DNA from: Squalus acanthias
Lineage: Eukaryota
Assembly (NCBI GenBank): GCA_030390025.1
Contig: CM059432.1
Location: 67,830,001-67,894,000 of the forward strand
Reading direction: 5' to 3'
DNA length: 64,000 bases
Shown here: piece after piece, positions 26,385 to 39,624 of the stretch
Layout: every line of letters begins with the position of its first letter
Numbering within the stretch: the stretch's first letter is position 1
Notes under the pieces: generated by a model
What the model saw: only the letters and a program-made list of their open reading frames with translations
Database searches by the model: none
What the model was told of the DNA's origin: nothing
Position numbers and translations under genes: made by a program

Positions 26385-27278
26385 GGGGTAAAAATTCACT
26401 TGGTTGCGCCTCCCGTTAGCGCCTTAAGAGGGCGCTAATGGGGCACAAAGCCGCTAACGCCCGGGCGCAGCGATGTTTGCGCCGCTCGAGAACTTAACTT
26501 GAGATTGTGCGGCGGCGCTAAAACTTACCGCTGCGACCACCTGCACGCGCAGATTGTGACGTCATTCCATGGTGCAACGCCCTTGTGGTGCCCCGTAGCG
26601 GAAATTGAGTGGCGCCCCCTGCCTTACCGCCTGGCGCTTCCAACGACCAGAAGACTGGAACGCTATCAATCGCTGTGGGGCTGGGGGGGGGCGCTATTTA
26701 AAGGGGGCCTCTTCCTGTCTTTTATTGTTGGTGGCATTTTTGAACTACGCATTCTGAGAGAGAGAGGGAGAGACTTCTGGAGAGATTCAACGTTGTGTGA
26801 AGGAGTTTTGGGTACTGAGCAGCACTTTGCAGGTTCATTTTGATTTGCCATTCCTTGTATCGATTTAGCAGAGACTGTGGGAGCTGCACTCTGAGCTCTT
26901 TGCCTGGTACTTTCCATTGTTCTTTCCAGCACATTTGATGTGCAAGTCTCTCCAGGCCGAGATTCAAGGCAGCAATGAACAGGATGTGGATGGAAAGCAA
27001 GATTAACCATCCCCTTTAAGAACTGGCCCGTGCCATTGTGTGTGTGTTCCATTGCTGACTGACATTACATGAGCTTCGCCAGCGCTCCGAGTTAGCGCCT
27101 CACTGCTCGGCCTTTGCGCCTTAAGAGAGGTGTGCAGCGCCTGCTTTAGCGCTCCACTCACCTCCCGGGGCGGTAAAAGTGAAGTTTCCCGTCAGTGCCG
27201 ATAATTAGCGCCAGGCGCTAATATTTGCGTCCGGACGATATTTGCACCCCAAATGGGGCGCGACCTAATTTCTACCCC
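26385..27278. mobile_element. Internally deleted derivative of the 42309-45618 Harbinger element
   Basis: Both ends (~400 and ~350 bp) are highly similar to 42309-45618. TIRs GGGGTAAAAATT / AATTTCTACCCC. Retains only the start of the Myb ORF. Confidence 0.88.
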
Positions 27279-27403
27279 AATGAAACTAAATTATTTCAAT
27301 CAAAACTCTTGCCTTCAAATTCCAGCACTCAGAAATCACAGGTTATATTTTAAATGTTGGCTTCATGTCAGTGCCGAATAGTCCTTTCTGCAGGGCCCGG
27401 TTT

Positions 27404-27810
27404 AACATTTATTGCCCATCCTAATTGCCCTTGAGAAGGTGGTGGTGAGCCACCTTCTTAAACCGCTGCAGTCCGTGCAGTTTTTATGCAACTGAGTGGC
27501 TTGCTAGGCTATTTCAGAGGGCAGTTAAGAGTCAACCACATTGCTGTGGGTCTGGAGTCACATATAGGCCAGACCAGGTAAGGACAGCAGATTTCTTTCC
27601 CTAAAGGACATTAGTGAACCAGATGGGTTTTTACGACAATCCGATAGTTTCATAGTCACCATTACTGATACTAGCTTTTTAATTCCAGATTTATTTAATT
27701 AACTGAATTTAAATTCCCCAGCTGCCGTGGTGGGATTTAAACTCATGTCTCCGGATCATTAGTCCAGGCCTCTGGATTACTGGTCTAGTAACATAACCAC
27801 CAGGCTACTG
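27404..27810 (-). mobile_element. tRNA-headed SINE-like element with a LINE-derived tail
   Basis: Head matches 63364-63690 and tail matches the LINE 3' end at 34220-34290. Confidence 0.75.
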
Positions 27811-28862
27811 TATCTGCGTATCATTAACATTAATTTTAATATTGTACTGAAGCTCTCACCTTCAGTGAGAGCTTCATCCACCTACTATACATCCTCACCT
27901 CACATGGCGCATTATGGCTGGAGATCCAGCGATTGGGTTCTCAGCCCAATTTTCTGACCTCTCCCCCACTGACCATTTTGCACCATCACCACCAAAGGTA
28001 GCTTTCAGAAAACACACTTTGAAGTGCTTTGATCTAGACTATTTAGAAAAGGATGAAATAACCTGAACACTCACTTTTGTTTCCCTTGATTTTTTTTTGA
28101 CTCAGTCCAAGCTAATAACAGTTCTAATGTCAGATGAGCAAAAGCAGTGATCATGGACCTGATTGTTGCCTCTACCTAAATCAAAGGGGTCAGAAGGGGA
28201 CAATTATTACTATCTATTACCTTACAATCCCAACCCACTCCATAAATGAGTTTCCAAATCCAAAATCCTTTAGAGTTTAGATTCCCTGCACACAACAGTC
28301 TGGTTTATTATCCACAGGATATTCTTCCAGGTGTCAGTCTTGGCTCAGTGGTAGCATTCTTGCCTTTCAGTTAGAAGTTTGGTGAGTTCAAGAGGTGGTA
28401 AAAGAATGAAAACTATCACTGCAGTGAATCTAAATGCAAATGGTATCAGGAACAGAACTCTGGTGACACCTTGTGAGCATAAAAGGAATAGCATATTGGT
28501 GCAACAGTATTTATATGGTAATTATACTTTAACCTAAAAGTAAAAGGATATAGGAGCTGAAGTTCTTCTCTCATATGTTGTGGGAGTAGATACGCATGGT
28601 GCAAAGGGTGACAGAAAATTGGGGGCAGAGGCTATTTGCCACATTAGTGCCCCAAGCTTTCTGCTAGGCCTAGACTGAGGGAGAACATAAGCATAAGAAA
28701 TAAGAGCAGGAGTAGGCCATACGGCCCCTCGAGCCTGCTCCACCATTCAATAAGATCACGACTGATCATCGACCTCAACTCCACTTTCCTGCCCGATCTC
28801 CATATCCCTTGATTCCCTTAGAGTCCAAAAATCTATCTATCTCAGCCTTGAATATACTCAAA

Positions 28863-29706
28863 GGGCAGAATTTTCATTGACCCGTGGAGTCGGGTTTGGA
28901 GGAGTGTGGGGGGTTAAAATTGCAGATTCGGGGGTCCTGAACCCATACCGCCCCCAACCCGCCTCCATGCCAGTTTCCCAGGAGGCAGGTACCCGACCTG
29001 TGCTGGGACCCGCCTCCCCGAGGCGGGAAGGGGATTAGTGCCATTAAACTGCCTGTTAACAGGTAGTTAACAGGCAGTTTTTTGCCTAATCCCTATTTTT
29101 AGCCCTGAAGTGTGGACTTCCCGACAGGTCCGAACCACGCCGTTTTAGCGAGGCGGACCGTGGATCTGCAGGGGTTGGAGAGGTCGATATGTCCGGTGGG
29201 CAGGTGAGTGATGGGTGCATGTGTGCAGAGGTAAGTGTGTAAGGTAAGTGTAAAGTGTGGAAAAAAGTTTTACTTATCTTAACTTCCTCCTGCAGGTGTC
29301 AGCCCTTCAGGTCTCGGGAGTCAGAAATCTCACCAGCACAGAAAGCAGAATGGCCGTTGAGCTGTCAAAAGCTGCAGCCTCTGCTTTTTGTTCTGCAGAG
29401 ATCTCTAAATCAGTCTGAGAGCAAGGAATTAACTTAGAGGACAGATTGTCAGTGTTTGACAGCTTCAAGGAGCTGTCAAACGCTGATATTTCATCTGTCA
29501 AAAGCTCTTGACAGATGAAATGTCAATCTGTGATGTCACATGTTGCCGGGTGGCCCTTAATTGGCCTGCTGAGCCCGCTGGGCGGGATCAACAAGGTCAA
29601 TCAAGGGAAAATCCAGTGGGTTGGCCACAAGTTGATGGAGGCGGGACTACAACCCAAAAAGTGGGAATCCCGCCTCCATCACGTCCCCATTGACAAAATC
29701 CAGCCC
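28863..29706. mobile_element. Harbinger-type MITE
   Basis: TIRs GGGCAGAATTTT / AAAATCCAGCCC, TSD AAA. Removal restores the CR1. Confidence 0.85.
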
Positions 29707-30411
29707 AAAGACTCAGCATTCACAGCCCTCTGGGGCAGAGAATTCCAAAGATTCACAATCTTCTGAGTGAAGAAATTCCTCCTCATCTCAGTCTTAAATG
29801 GCCTACCCCTTATCCTGAGACTAAGTCCCCTAGTTCTAGACATTCCAGCCAGGGGAAACAACCTCTCAGCATCTATCCTGTCAATTCCCTTCAGAATCTT
29901 ATATGTTTCAATGAGATCACCTCTCATTCTTCTAAACCCCAGAGAGTATAGGCCCATTCTACACAATCTCTCATCATAGGACAGCCCTCTCATCCCAGGA
30001 ATCAATCCAGTGAATCTTTGTTGCACCGCCTCCAAGGCAAGTATATCCTTCCTTAGATAAGGAGACCAAAACTGTGCACAGTACTCCAGGTGTGGTCTCA
30101 CCAAGGCCCTGTACAATTGTAGCAAGACTTCCTTACTCTTATACTCCAACCCCCTTACAATAAAGGCCAACATGCCATTTGCCTTCCTTATTGCTTGCTG
30201 TACCTGCATGCGAGCTTTCTGTGTTTCTTGCACGAGGACACCCAAATCTCTCTGAACACCAACATTTGAAAGTTCCTCACCATTTAAAAAATATTCTGTT
30301 TTTCTATTAATCCTACCAAAGTGAATAACCACACATTTCCCTACATTATACTCCATCTGCCACCTTACTGCCCACTCACTTAGTCTATCTATATCCCTTT
30401 GCAGACTCTTT

Positions 30412-30912
30412 GGGCTGGATTTTGATACTGGGGCGGACTGGGGTCGTGTCATCCACTTTTCGGGCTAGATTTTGAATGACCCGTGGAGTCGGGTTTGGAG
30501 GCGTGTGGGGGGTTAAAGTTGCGGGGTCGGGGGTCCCGACCCCATCCCGACTCCATCCCGCCTCTACGCAATTTTGACAAAATCAGTCGCGGGGTTCCCG
30601 ACTCCGTCCCGCCTCCAAGAGACGGGAGAGGCCATTAAAGCCCTTAACAAGCCCTAAATTGGCTCTGTAATGCCATTTTGAAATGTTTCAGCTAGTTTAA
30701 CCCTTTTCCGACGTGAAGTACGCCTGATGTGAAACACTCCAGTGAAACCTGGCGGGAGCACAAGTGGATAGCTGACTATCAGTTGCAGGTCCACTATTAC
30801 AACGGAGATGTGATGAAGGTAGTAGTAGTACTAGGTGTGAAAGTCACCTGTGATGCTGCTGCATTGAATGTCTTCAGAGACTGCCTGGCCTTTGCTGTGA
30901 GAGGAGATGTCT

Positions 30913-30944
<32 letters not shown>

Positions 30945-31642
30945 GGATGCGGATGACACGACCCCAACCCGACCCCAAGACAAAATCCAGCCCTTCGTGT
31001 TATCCACCCGACTGCAATTGGATGTGGGAGATTGATGCGATTTTCACCTAATTGGGCAATTGAGTTCCAGCATGTGGGAACCCATGACCCAATTAGTGTT
31101 TTCAGTGTGAAAGTCGCCTCTGATAATGTCATCTCTGCTGCTGCATTGAAGTTCTGCAAAGACTGCCTGGCCTTTGCTGTGAGAGGACCTGGAGTCAAAA
31201 TGAGCAGCAGCAGCCCTAAGTCTGCTCCCAGATATTTTTGTACCACCACCACCACTCCCAGCTATTCTTCTTCTTCCTCCTCCTCCTCCTACTACTACTA
31301 CTATTACTATGACTACTACTACTACTACTACTACTATTGAAATGTGCTACCGGCAGGTTTCACATTTGTGGTTCAGAACAGGCGTGCTTCACGTAGAAAA
31401 ACAGTTAAAATCACAAAGGCCTTTCAAAATGGCATTATAGAGGCTGTTTAGTGCTTGTTAAGGGCCTTAACAGCCTATCCCGCCTCTTAGAGGCGGGACG
31501 GAGTCAGGACCAGCAGACACAATGTAATGAAAATTGCGTGGAGGCGGGATGGAGGCGGGCTTGTGCCCGCCTGCCAGTTTTTGCATTTTAACCCCCCACA
31601 CGCCTCCAAACCCACCTCCACGGGTAAATGAAAATTCTGCCC
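30412..31642. mobile_element. Harbinger-type MITE (outer) with (TAC)n tract
   Basis: TIRs GGGCTGGATTTT / AAAATTCTGCCC, TSD TTT. Removal restores the CR1. Confidence 0.85.
30462..30993. mobile_element. Harbinger-type MITE (inner, inverted, same family)
   Basis: TIRs GGGCTAGATTTTG / CAAAATCCAGCCC, TSD TTC. Reverse complement of parts of 13653-14441. Confidence 0.85.
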
Positions 31643-33864
31643 TTTGTGTTTTCCTCACAGCTTACTGTCCCATCTAGCTTTGCATCATCAGCAAACTTGG
31701 ATACATTACACTCGGTCCCTTCATCTAGGTCATTAATATAGATTGTAAATAACTGAGGCCCCAACACTGATCCTTGCAGCACCCCACTAGTTACAGCCTG
31801 CCAACCTGAAAAAGATCCGTTTATCCCTACTCTCTGCTTTCTGTCCGTTAACCAATCCTCTATCCATGCTACTATATTACCCCCAACCTCATAAGCCCTA
31901 ATCTTGTGTAATAAGCTTTTATGTGGCACCTTATCGAATGCCTTTTGGTAATCCAAATATATTACATCCACTGGTTCCCCTTTATCTACCCTACTAGTTA
32001 CATCCTCAAAAAACTCTAATAAATTTGTCAAACACGATTTCTCTTTCATAAAACCATGTTGACTCTGCCTAATCATGTTATGATTTTTTAAGTGCCCTGA
32101 TACCACTTCCTTAACAATGGATTCCAGCATTTTCCCGACGACTGATGTTAGGCTAACTGGCCTGTAGTTCCCTATTTTTTCTTTCCCTCCTTTCTTGAAT
32201 AGCGGTGGTACATTTGCGACCTTCCAATCCGCTGGGACAATTCTAGAATCTAGGGATTTATGGAAGATCAAAACCACTATCTCTTCAGCAACCTCTTTTA
32301 GAACCCTAGGATGTAGGCCGTTAGGGATTTGTCGGCGTTTAGTCCCATTATTTTCTCTAGTAATTTTTCTCTACTTATATTAATTACGTTAAGTTCCTCA
32401 ACCTCATTAGACCCTTGGTTCCCCATCATTTTTGGTATGCTTTTTGTGTCTTCTACTGTGAAGACAGATACAAAATATTTGTTTAATGTTTCTGCTATTA
32501 ACTTATCCAACATAATAATTTCTCCTGTCTCAGCCTCTAAGGGACCAACGTTTACTTTTGCTACTCTCTTCCTTGTTACATACTTGTAGAAGCTCTTACA
32601 ATCTGCTTTTATATTTCTTGCTAGTTTTCTCTCATATTCTATTTTTTCCCTTTTTATCATTTTTTTGGTCAACCTTTGCTGGTTTCTGAAACTCTCCCAA
32701 TCGTCAGGCTTACTATTATTCTTTGCAATATTATAAGCTTCTTCTTTCAATCTAATGCTATCCTTAACTTCTTTAGTTAGCCACGGTTGGATCACTTTTC
32801 CAGTGGAGTTTTTGTTTCTCAATGGAATGTATTTTCGTTGAGAAATACGAAATATTTCTTTAAATGCAAGCCACTGCTTATCTACCGCCATACCTTTTAA
32901 TCTATTTTTCCAATCTACTTTAGCCAACTCGCCCCTCATACCTCTGTAATTGCCTTTATTTAAGTTTTAAGACTCTAGTTTTGGACTTAGGCAAGTCACT
33001 CTCAAAATTAACGTGAAATTCTATCATATTATGATCACTCTGCCCCAGAGGATCCTTTACTATGAGATTGCTAATTAACCCTGTCTCATTACACAGTACA
33101 AGATCTAAAATAGCCTGTTCCCTGGTTGGTTCCATGACATATTGTTCTAGGAAACTGTCCCGAATGCATGCCATGAACTCGTCCTCCAGACTACCTTTGC
33201 CAAATTGATTTGTCCAGTCTATATGAAGATTATAGTCCCCAAGATTATTGCATTACCTTTATTGCAAGCTCCTACTATTTCTTGATTAATATTCTGTCCA
33301 ACAGTACAGCTACTGTTAGGGGGCCTGTATACTACTCCTACCAGTGTTTTCTGCCCCTTGTTATTCCTTATCTCCACCCATACTGATTCTACTTCCTGAT
33401 CTTCTGAGCCGAGATCCTTTCTCGCTACTGTCCTTATGTCATCCTTTATTATCAGGGCTACTCCCCCTCCTTTTCCATTCTGCCTGTCTTTTCTGTTATG
33501 CGAGCCTCATTTGGACACTAATGAGGATGCATTCGCCAATGTTCTTGCTGTACTAGAAGTTCTGATGAGTCATGCCATTGGTGTAATGTCTATGCTGTAC
33601 GCCTGTAAAACCTGGAGCACAGCAAACTCCAGGAAGCACACAGCCACTGGAAGTTCCCTGAAAGCTGCCCTTCTTGACCTTTAGCAGTCATGTAGGAGAC
33701 CTTTTTTTGAAAGCCTTTTTTTTATTTGCATTGCAAAATAGTTTATTTGGGACAGAATCTTTAATTTGTTCACTTTTTTGTTTGAAGTTAACACTTGTGC
33801 CTCCTTTTGGCTTAACCAAAGCACTTGGTGAATAGTATGGTCATTCCTTTGGAAATTCCTCTTA

Positions 33865-34060
33865 TCATAGAATCATTGAAATTTACAGCACAGAAGGAGG
33901 CCATTCAGCTCATCTTGTCTGTGCCGGCCGACAAAGAGCTATCCAGCCTAATCCCACTTTCCAGCACTTGGTCCGTATCCTTGTAGGTTACAGCACTTCA
34001 AGTGCACATCCAGGAAAATTTTAAATGTGATGAGGGTTTCTGCCTCTACCACCCTTTCAG
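33865..34060 (-). mobile_element. CR1-like 3' end fragment
   Basis: Similar to the 3' end at 38140-38340 (acagaaggaggccattcagc). Confidence 0.6.
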
Positions 34061-34179
34061 AAAGAGAGTTTAAAATTGGGTGTTAGTAAAGGAATTGACT
34101 GAGTAGTATTCCTTGTGGTTCATGATATCACTTCTATCTGTTGGAGCTCACAGGCCCATATTGGTGCTTTTAAAAAAAA

Positions 34180-37132
34180 AAATCATTTATGGGATGTGGG
34201 CATTGGTGGCAAGGCCAGAATTTATTGCCCATGCCTAATTGCCCTTGAGAAGGTGGTGGTGAGCCTCTTCTTGAACCGCTGCAGTCCGTGTGGTGAAGGT
34301 ACTCCCACAGTGCTGTTAGGTAGCGAGTTCCTGGATTTTGACCCAGCGACGATGAAGGATCGGCAATATACTTCTAAGTCAGGATGGTGTGTGACTTGGA
34401 GGGTAACTTGGAGGTGGTGGTGTTCCCATGCGCCTGCTGCCCTTGTCCCTCTAGGTGGAAGAGGTCGTGGGTTTGGGAGGTGCTGCTGAAGAAGCCTTGG
34501 CGAGTTGCTGCAGTGCATCTTGTAGTTGGTACAAACTGCAGCCACAGTACGTCGGTGGTGGAGGGAGTGAATGTTTCAGGTGGTGGATCGAGTGCCAATC
34601 AAGTGGGCGGCTTTGTCCTGGATGGTGTCGAGCTTCTTGAGTGTTGTTGGAGCTGCACTCATCCAGGCAAGTGGAGAGTATTCCATCACACTCCTGACTT
34701 GTGCCTTGTAGATGGTGGAAAGGCTTTGGGGAGTCAGGAGGGGAGACAGTCGCTGCAGAATACCCAGCCTCTGACCTGCTCTTGTTGCCACAGTATTTAT
34801 GTGGCTGTTCCAGTTAAGTTTCTGGTCAATGGTGACCCCCAGGATGTTGATGATGGGGGATTCGACGATGGTAATGCCATGTTGTTAGTGTCTTCATGGT
34901 AGAAGACACTAACAACATCCCAATAATGGATAATCAAGGGGCCACAGGGAGGGGGGAACTAAAGACAATCACTATCAATAAGGAAATAGTACTTGGTAAA
35001 ATAATGGGACTAAAAGATGACGAGTCCCCATGACCAGATGGCCTGCATCGCAGGGTCTTAAAAGAAGTGGCTGCAGAGATTGTGGGTGCATTGGTTGCAA
35101 CATACCAAAATTCCCTGGACTCTGGAGAGGTCCCAGCGGATTGGAAAACTGCAAATGTAGCATCCCTATTTAAGAAAGGAGGGAGACAGAAAGCAGGAAA
35201 CTAAAGACCAGTTAGCTTAACATCTGTCGTTGGGAAAATGCTGGAGTTCTTCATTAAGGAAGCAGTAGCAGAGCATTTGGAAAATCATGATGCAGTCAAG
35301 CAGAGTCAGCATGATTTTATGTTTAACAAATTTGCTGGAGCAGGGTGAACAAAGATGAACTAGTGGATGTGGTGTATTTGGATTTCCAGAAGGCATTCGA
35401 TAAGGTGCCACATAAAAGGTTACTGCATAAGATAAGAGCTCACGGAATTGGGGGTAATATATTAGCATGGATAGAGAATTGGCTAACTAACAGAAAGCAG
35501 AGAGTTGGGATAAATGGGTCATTTTCCAGTTGGCAAACGGTAACTAGTGGGGTGCCACAGGGATCGGTGCTGGGGCCTCAACTATTTACAATCTACATTA
35601 ATGACTTGGATGAAGGGACCGAGTATAATGTAGCCAAGTTTGCGGATGATACAAAGATGGGTGGGAAAGCAAGTTGTGCAGAGGACGCAAAGAACCTGCA
35701 AAGGGATATAGACAGGCTAAGTGAGTGGGCAAACATTTGGCAGATGGAGTATAATGTGGGAAAGTGCGAGGTTATACACATTGGCAGGAAAAATAAAAAA
35801 GCAAATTATTATTTAAATGGAGAGAGATTACAAAATGCTACAGTTCAGAGGGACCTGGGGGTCCTTGTGCATGAAACACAAAAAGTTAGCATGCAGTTAC
35901 AGCAAGTAATCAAAAAGGCAAATGGAATGCTGGCCTTTATTTCAAAGGGGTTGGAGTATAAAAGCAAGGAAGTCCTGCTACAACTGTACAGGGTATTGGT
36001 GAGTCCACACCTTGAGTACTGAGTACAGTTTTGGTCTCCTTATTTAAGGAAGAATATACTTGCATTGGAGGCAGTTCAGAGACGATTCACTAGGTTAATT
36101 CCAGAGATGAGGCGTTGACTTATGAGGAAAGTTTGAGCAGGCTGGGCCTATACTCATTGGAATTTAGAAGAATGAGACGTGATCTTATTGAAACATATAA
36201 GATACTGAGGGGGCTCGACAAGGCAGATGCAGAGAGGATGTTTCCCCTCGTGGGGAAATCTAGAACTTGGGGGCATAGTTTCAGAATAAAGGGTCGCCCT
36301 TTTAGGACTGAGATGAGGAGGAATTTCTTCTCTCAGAGGGTCGTAAATCTGTGGAATTCTCTGCTGTGGAGGCTGGGTCATTAAATACATTTAAGGTGGA
36401 GATAGACAGACTTTTGCAAGATAAGGGAGTGAAGGGTTATGGGGAGCGGGCGGGGAAGTGGCTTTGAGCCCAAGATCAGCCATGATCTTATTGAATGGCG
36501 GAGCAGGCTCGAGGGGCCAAGTGGCCTATTCCTGCTCCTATTTCTTAAGTTCTTATGTTCTTATTGAATGTCAAGGGGAGCTGGTTAGACTCTCGCTTGT
36601 TGGAGATAGTCATTGCCTGGCACTTCTGTGGCGCGACTGTTACCTGCCACTTATCAGCCCAAGTCTGAACGTCGTCCAGGTCTTGTTGCATGCGGGCATG
36701 GACTGTTTCATTATCTGAGGAGTTGTGAATGGCGCTGAACACTGTGCAGTCATCACCGAACATCCCCATTTCTGACCTTATGTTGGAGGGAACATCATTG
36801 ATGAAGCAGCTGAAGATGGTTGGGCCTAGGACACTGCCCTGAGGAACTCCTGCAGTGATGTCCTGAGGCTGTGATGATTGACCTTCAACCACCACAACCA
36901 TCTTCCTTTGTGCTAGGTATGACTCCAGCCAGTGGAGCGTTTTCCCCGATTCCCATTGACTTCAGTTGTACTTGGGCTCCTTGATGCTACACTCGGTGAA
37001 ATGCTGCCTTAATGTCAAGGGCAGTCACTCTCACCTCACCTCTGGAATTCAGCTCCTTTGTCCATGTTTTGACTAAGGCTGTAATGAGGTTGGGAGCCGA
37101 GTGGTCTTGCCGGAACCCAAACTGGGCATCAG
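34180..37132 (-). mobile_element. Second LINE family (CR1/L2-group RT), 3' part, interrupted by a CR1
   Basis: GVPQGSVLGPTIFSCFIND...FGDDCT at 36545-36901 and YKAQVRSVMEYSPLAW at 34576-34791. Confidence 0.85.
34905..36562 (+). mobile_element. CR1-type LINE, 5'-truncated
   Basis: ORF 35345-36022 with RT motifs; tail ends TTCTTATGTTCTTA. Confidence 0.93.
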
Positions 37133-37279
37133 TGTTAATGTTGTCCTGCAGCCTAAGCAAACCAGCAAGACAGTAAAAATAAAGGGAACATGCTTGCTGC
37201 TCTACGGGTGCCCTCAGTATTCATGGCAGGAAGTTCATGGACAGCATCAGTGGAGCAGTGGCCCAGCATTGCAAGTTTC

Positions 37280-37645
37280 CAACCACCAGCACAAGGTGGC
37301 TGCAGTTTGTACCATCTACAAGACGCAAGTCTTCTTTAACAGCCAGCAGCCAGCAACCTCTACCACCAAAAGGACAAGGCCAGCAGGCACATGGGAACAC
37401 CACCACCTCCAAGTTCCCTTCCAAGTTACACACCATCCTGACTTGGAAGTATATCGCCATTCCTTCTTCATCGCTGGGTCAAATTCCTAGAACTCCCTCC
37501 CTAACAGCACTGTGGGATTACCTTCACCACACGGACTGCAGTGGTTCAAGAAGGCGGCTCACCACCACCTTCTCAAGGGCAATTAGAGATGGGCAATAAA
37601 TGCTGGCCTTGCCAGCAATGCCCACATCCCATGAATGAATAAATA
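37280..37645 (+). mobile_element. 3' end of the second LINE family
   Basis: Reverse complement of ~34185-34550. Confidence 0.8.
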
Positions 37646-38139
37646 TAAAATATATATATTTCTAGTTCATTCCACTTCTTCTACAGGCGCTCCTGGGGCA
37701 TTAAGCCAAGGTAAGTGGCCCTAATATGTTGAAAACTATTAACTAGAAAATAGTTAGCTGATATAAAAGATCTTCAATGGGATAATACAGACATATAGAA
37801 AGTACAAAAGAATGAGGAAATACTGTGGAGGTGAAAAGAAGTCCACGTACAACAGAAGCACGAGAAGTAAAGAAACAATACAAAAAGAAACACAACAAAA
37901 GCTGTGGCCACAGCAGATGTGAAATTAAAATAGAAAGTGTCATTGAAACATGGATCTAATGAGAATAGAAAAAGAATTTCATATCATGGTCTTAACCCCC
38001 TGTCAGTACTGTGCTATAACGTTACAATTTCTGATCTGCTGTAGATAACCCCTCAGGTACAGTAATGTCAGGACTCCTCTAAATGGTTTGAGCATCGTAC
38101 TGTTGGGGAAGTTGACTTATACTGCACTATATCTACTTG

Positions 38140-38900
38140 TCATAGAGTCATAATGGCACAGAAGGAGGCCATTCAGCCCATCGAGTCCATGCCAGCTCTC
38201 TGTAGAGCAATCCAGACAGTCCCATTCCCCCGCTCTATCCCCGTAGCCCTGCAAGTTGATTTCCCTCAAGTGCCTATCCAGTCTCCCCTTGAAAACATTG
38301 AGTGTTCCGCTTCCACCACTTCCGTCGGCAGCAAGTTCCAGGTCCTCACCACTCGCTGTGTAAAAAAGTTTTTCCTCACGTCCCCCCTGTATCTCTTGCC
38401 CAAAACCTTAAATCTGTGTCCCCTAGTCCTTGTACCATCAAATAGTGGGAACAGCCTTTCCCCGTCTAGCCTATCCAAAGCCGTTATAATCTTGTACACC
38501 TCTATCAAATCACCCCTCAACCTCCTTTGCTCTAATGAAAACAAATCCAGCTTCTCCAACCTGTCCTTGTAGCTAAGATCCCCCATCCCCAGAACCATTA
38601 TGGTAAATCTCCTCTGCACCCTCTCAGAGTGCCTTCACATCCTTCCTAAAGTGTGGTGACCAGAACTGGACGCAATACTCCAGTTGTGGCCGAACCAGCG
38701 CTTTATAAAGGTTCAGCATAACTTCACTACTTTTGTACTCAATACCTCTATTTATGAAGCCCAAGATCCCATATGCTTTGCTAACCACTCTCTCAATATG
38801 CCCTGCCACCTTCAGGGACGTATGCACATTAACTTCCAGGTCTCTCTGTCCCTGCACATTCTTTAAAACTGTGCCATTAAGTGTATAGCACTTGCAAAAC
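38140..38900 (-). mobile_element. CR1-type LINE 3' fragment (different subfamily)
   Basis: LYKALVRPQLEYCVQFWSP and LEQRRLRGDLIEVYKI. Confidence 0.9.
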
Positions 38901-39624
38901 AAATTACGCCCCCACCGCCCGCCCCCGCCAATATCTTTCTTCGCACTATTCATTGAGAGAAGTAAAACTTGGTCTTGTTCAATGCAGAAATAATGCCTGC
39001 ATCAGCGGAGGGACTCTTTACCCTGTATTTCACCTGTACGTTGGAAGCTGTTTATTAAATGCAGTCAGAGAGCACTCACAGGCTGTTGCCAGGAAAAAGA
39101 TTTACTCACAAATGATACAGGTCCGTTAACATTTACTGCAAACCCGGACAGCTCACCCCTTGACACGGAGAGAGAACCAGCTCACCCACGTTTTTTGTCT
39201 TCACATCACGACGTTTTGTTTCCTATTGTGGTCTCTGTGCAGGATCAGTGCCACCTCAATGCTCTGAGTCAGGCAAGCTCAAGTCGAAGTATTTGAGTCA
39301 CTCTGTGCTCCTTACTGGGCATTGCTTTTAAAAACATTACCATTTCTATCTTTTAGAAGTTGATGATGTAATTGGAGGATAGTGCGCGTGAAGTGATGGG
39401 AGGTGACGGTGTTGCACAAGTGAAGGAGAGTGCGCAATTCACCAGTGGTGAGATCATAATCATGGTGCCACAACTCCTTTCACTAGAGGAACAGGGAAGG
39501 TGATCAACAGGCTCCTACAGCGTGCCCTATTTACACCAGTGGGTTTTCAAACTATTCTGTGTCTAAAATTTCCTGGAAATATTGGCTGGAAATTTTCTTG
39601 GAGCAACTCTTGCTCCCAGGGGCC

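Larger units (their letters stand above)
28684..33495 (-). mobile_element. CR1-type LINE ORF2 (partial endonuclease and RT), interrupted by MITEs
   Basis: ORF fragments 29679-30452, 31588-32277, 32298-32939 and 32956-33174; CR1 tail at 28684. Confidence 0.93.

Noticed and set aside
28332..28395. tRNA-like sequence (GGCTCAGTGGTAGC...GAGTTCAAG)
   Set aside because: No complete cloverleaf; most likely a decayed SINE head rather than a tRNA gene.
38960..39130. Possible host exon (AG...GT-bounded open frame NNACISGG...QMIQ)
   Set aside because: No recognisable protein and no partner exons; cannot be supported without homology or RNA data.
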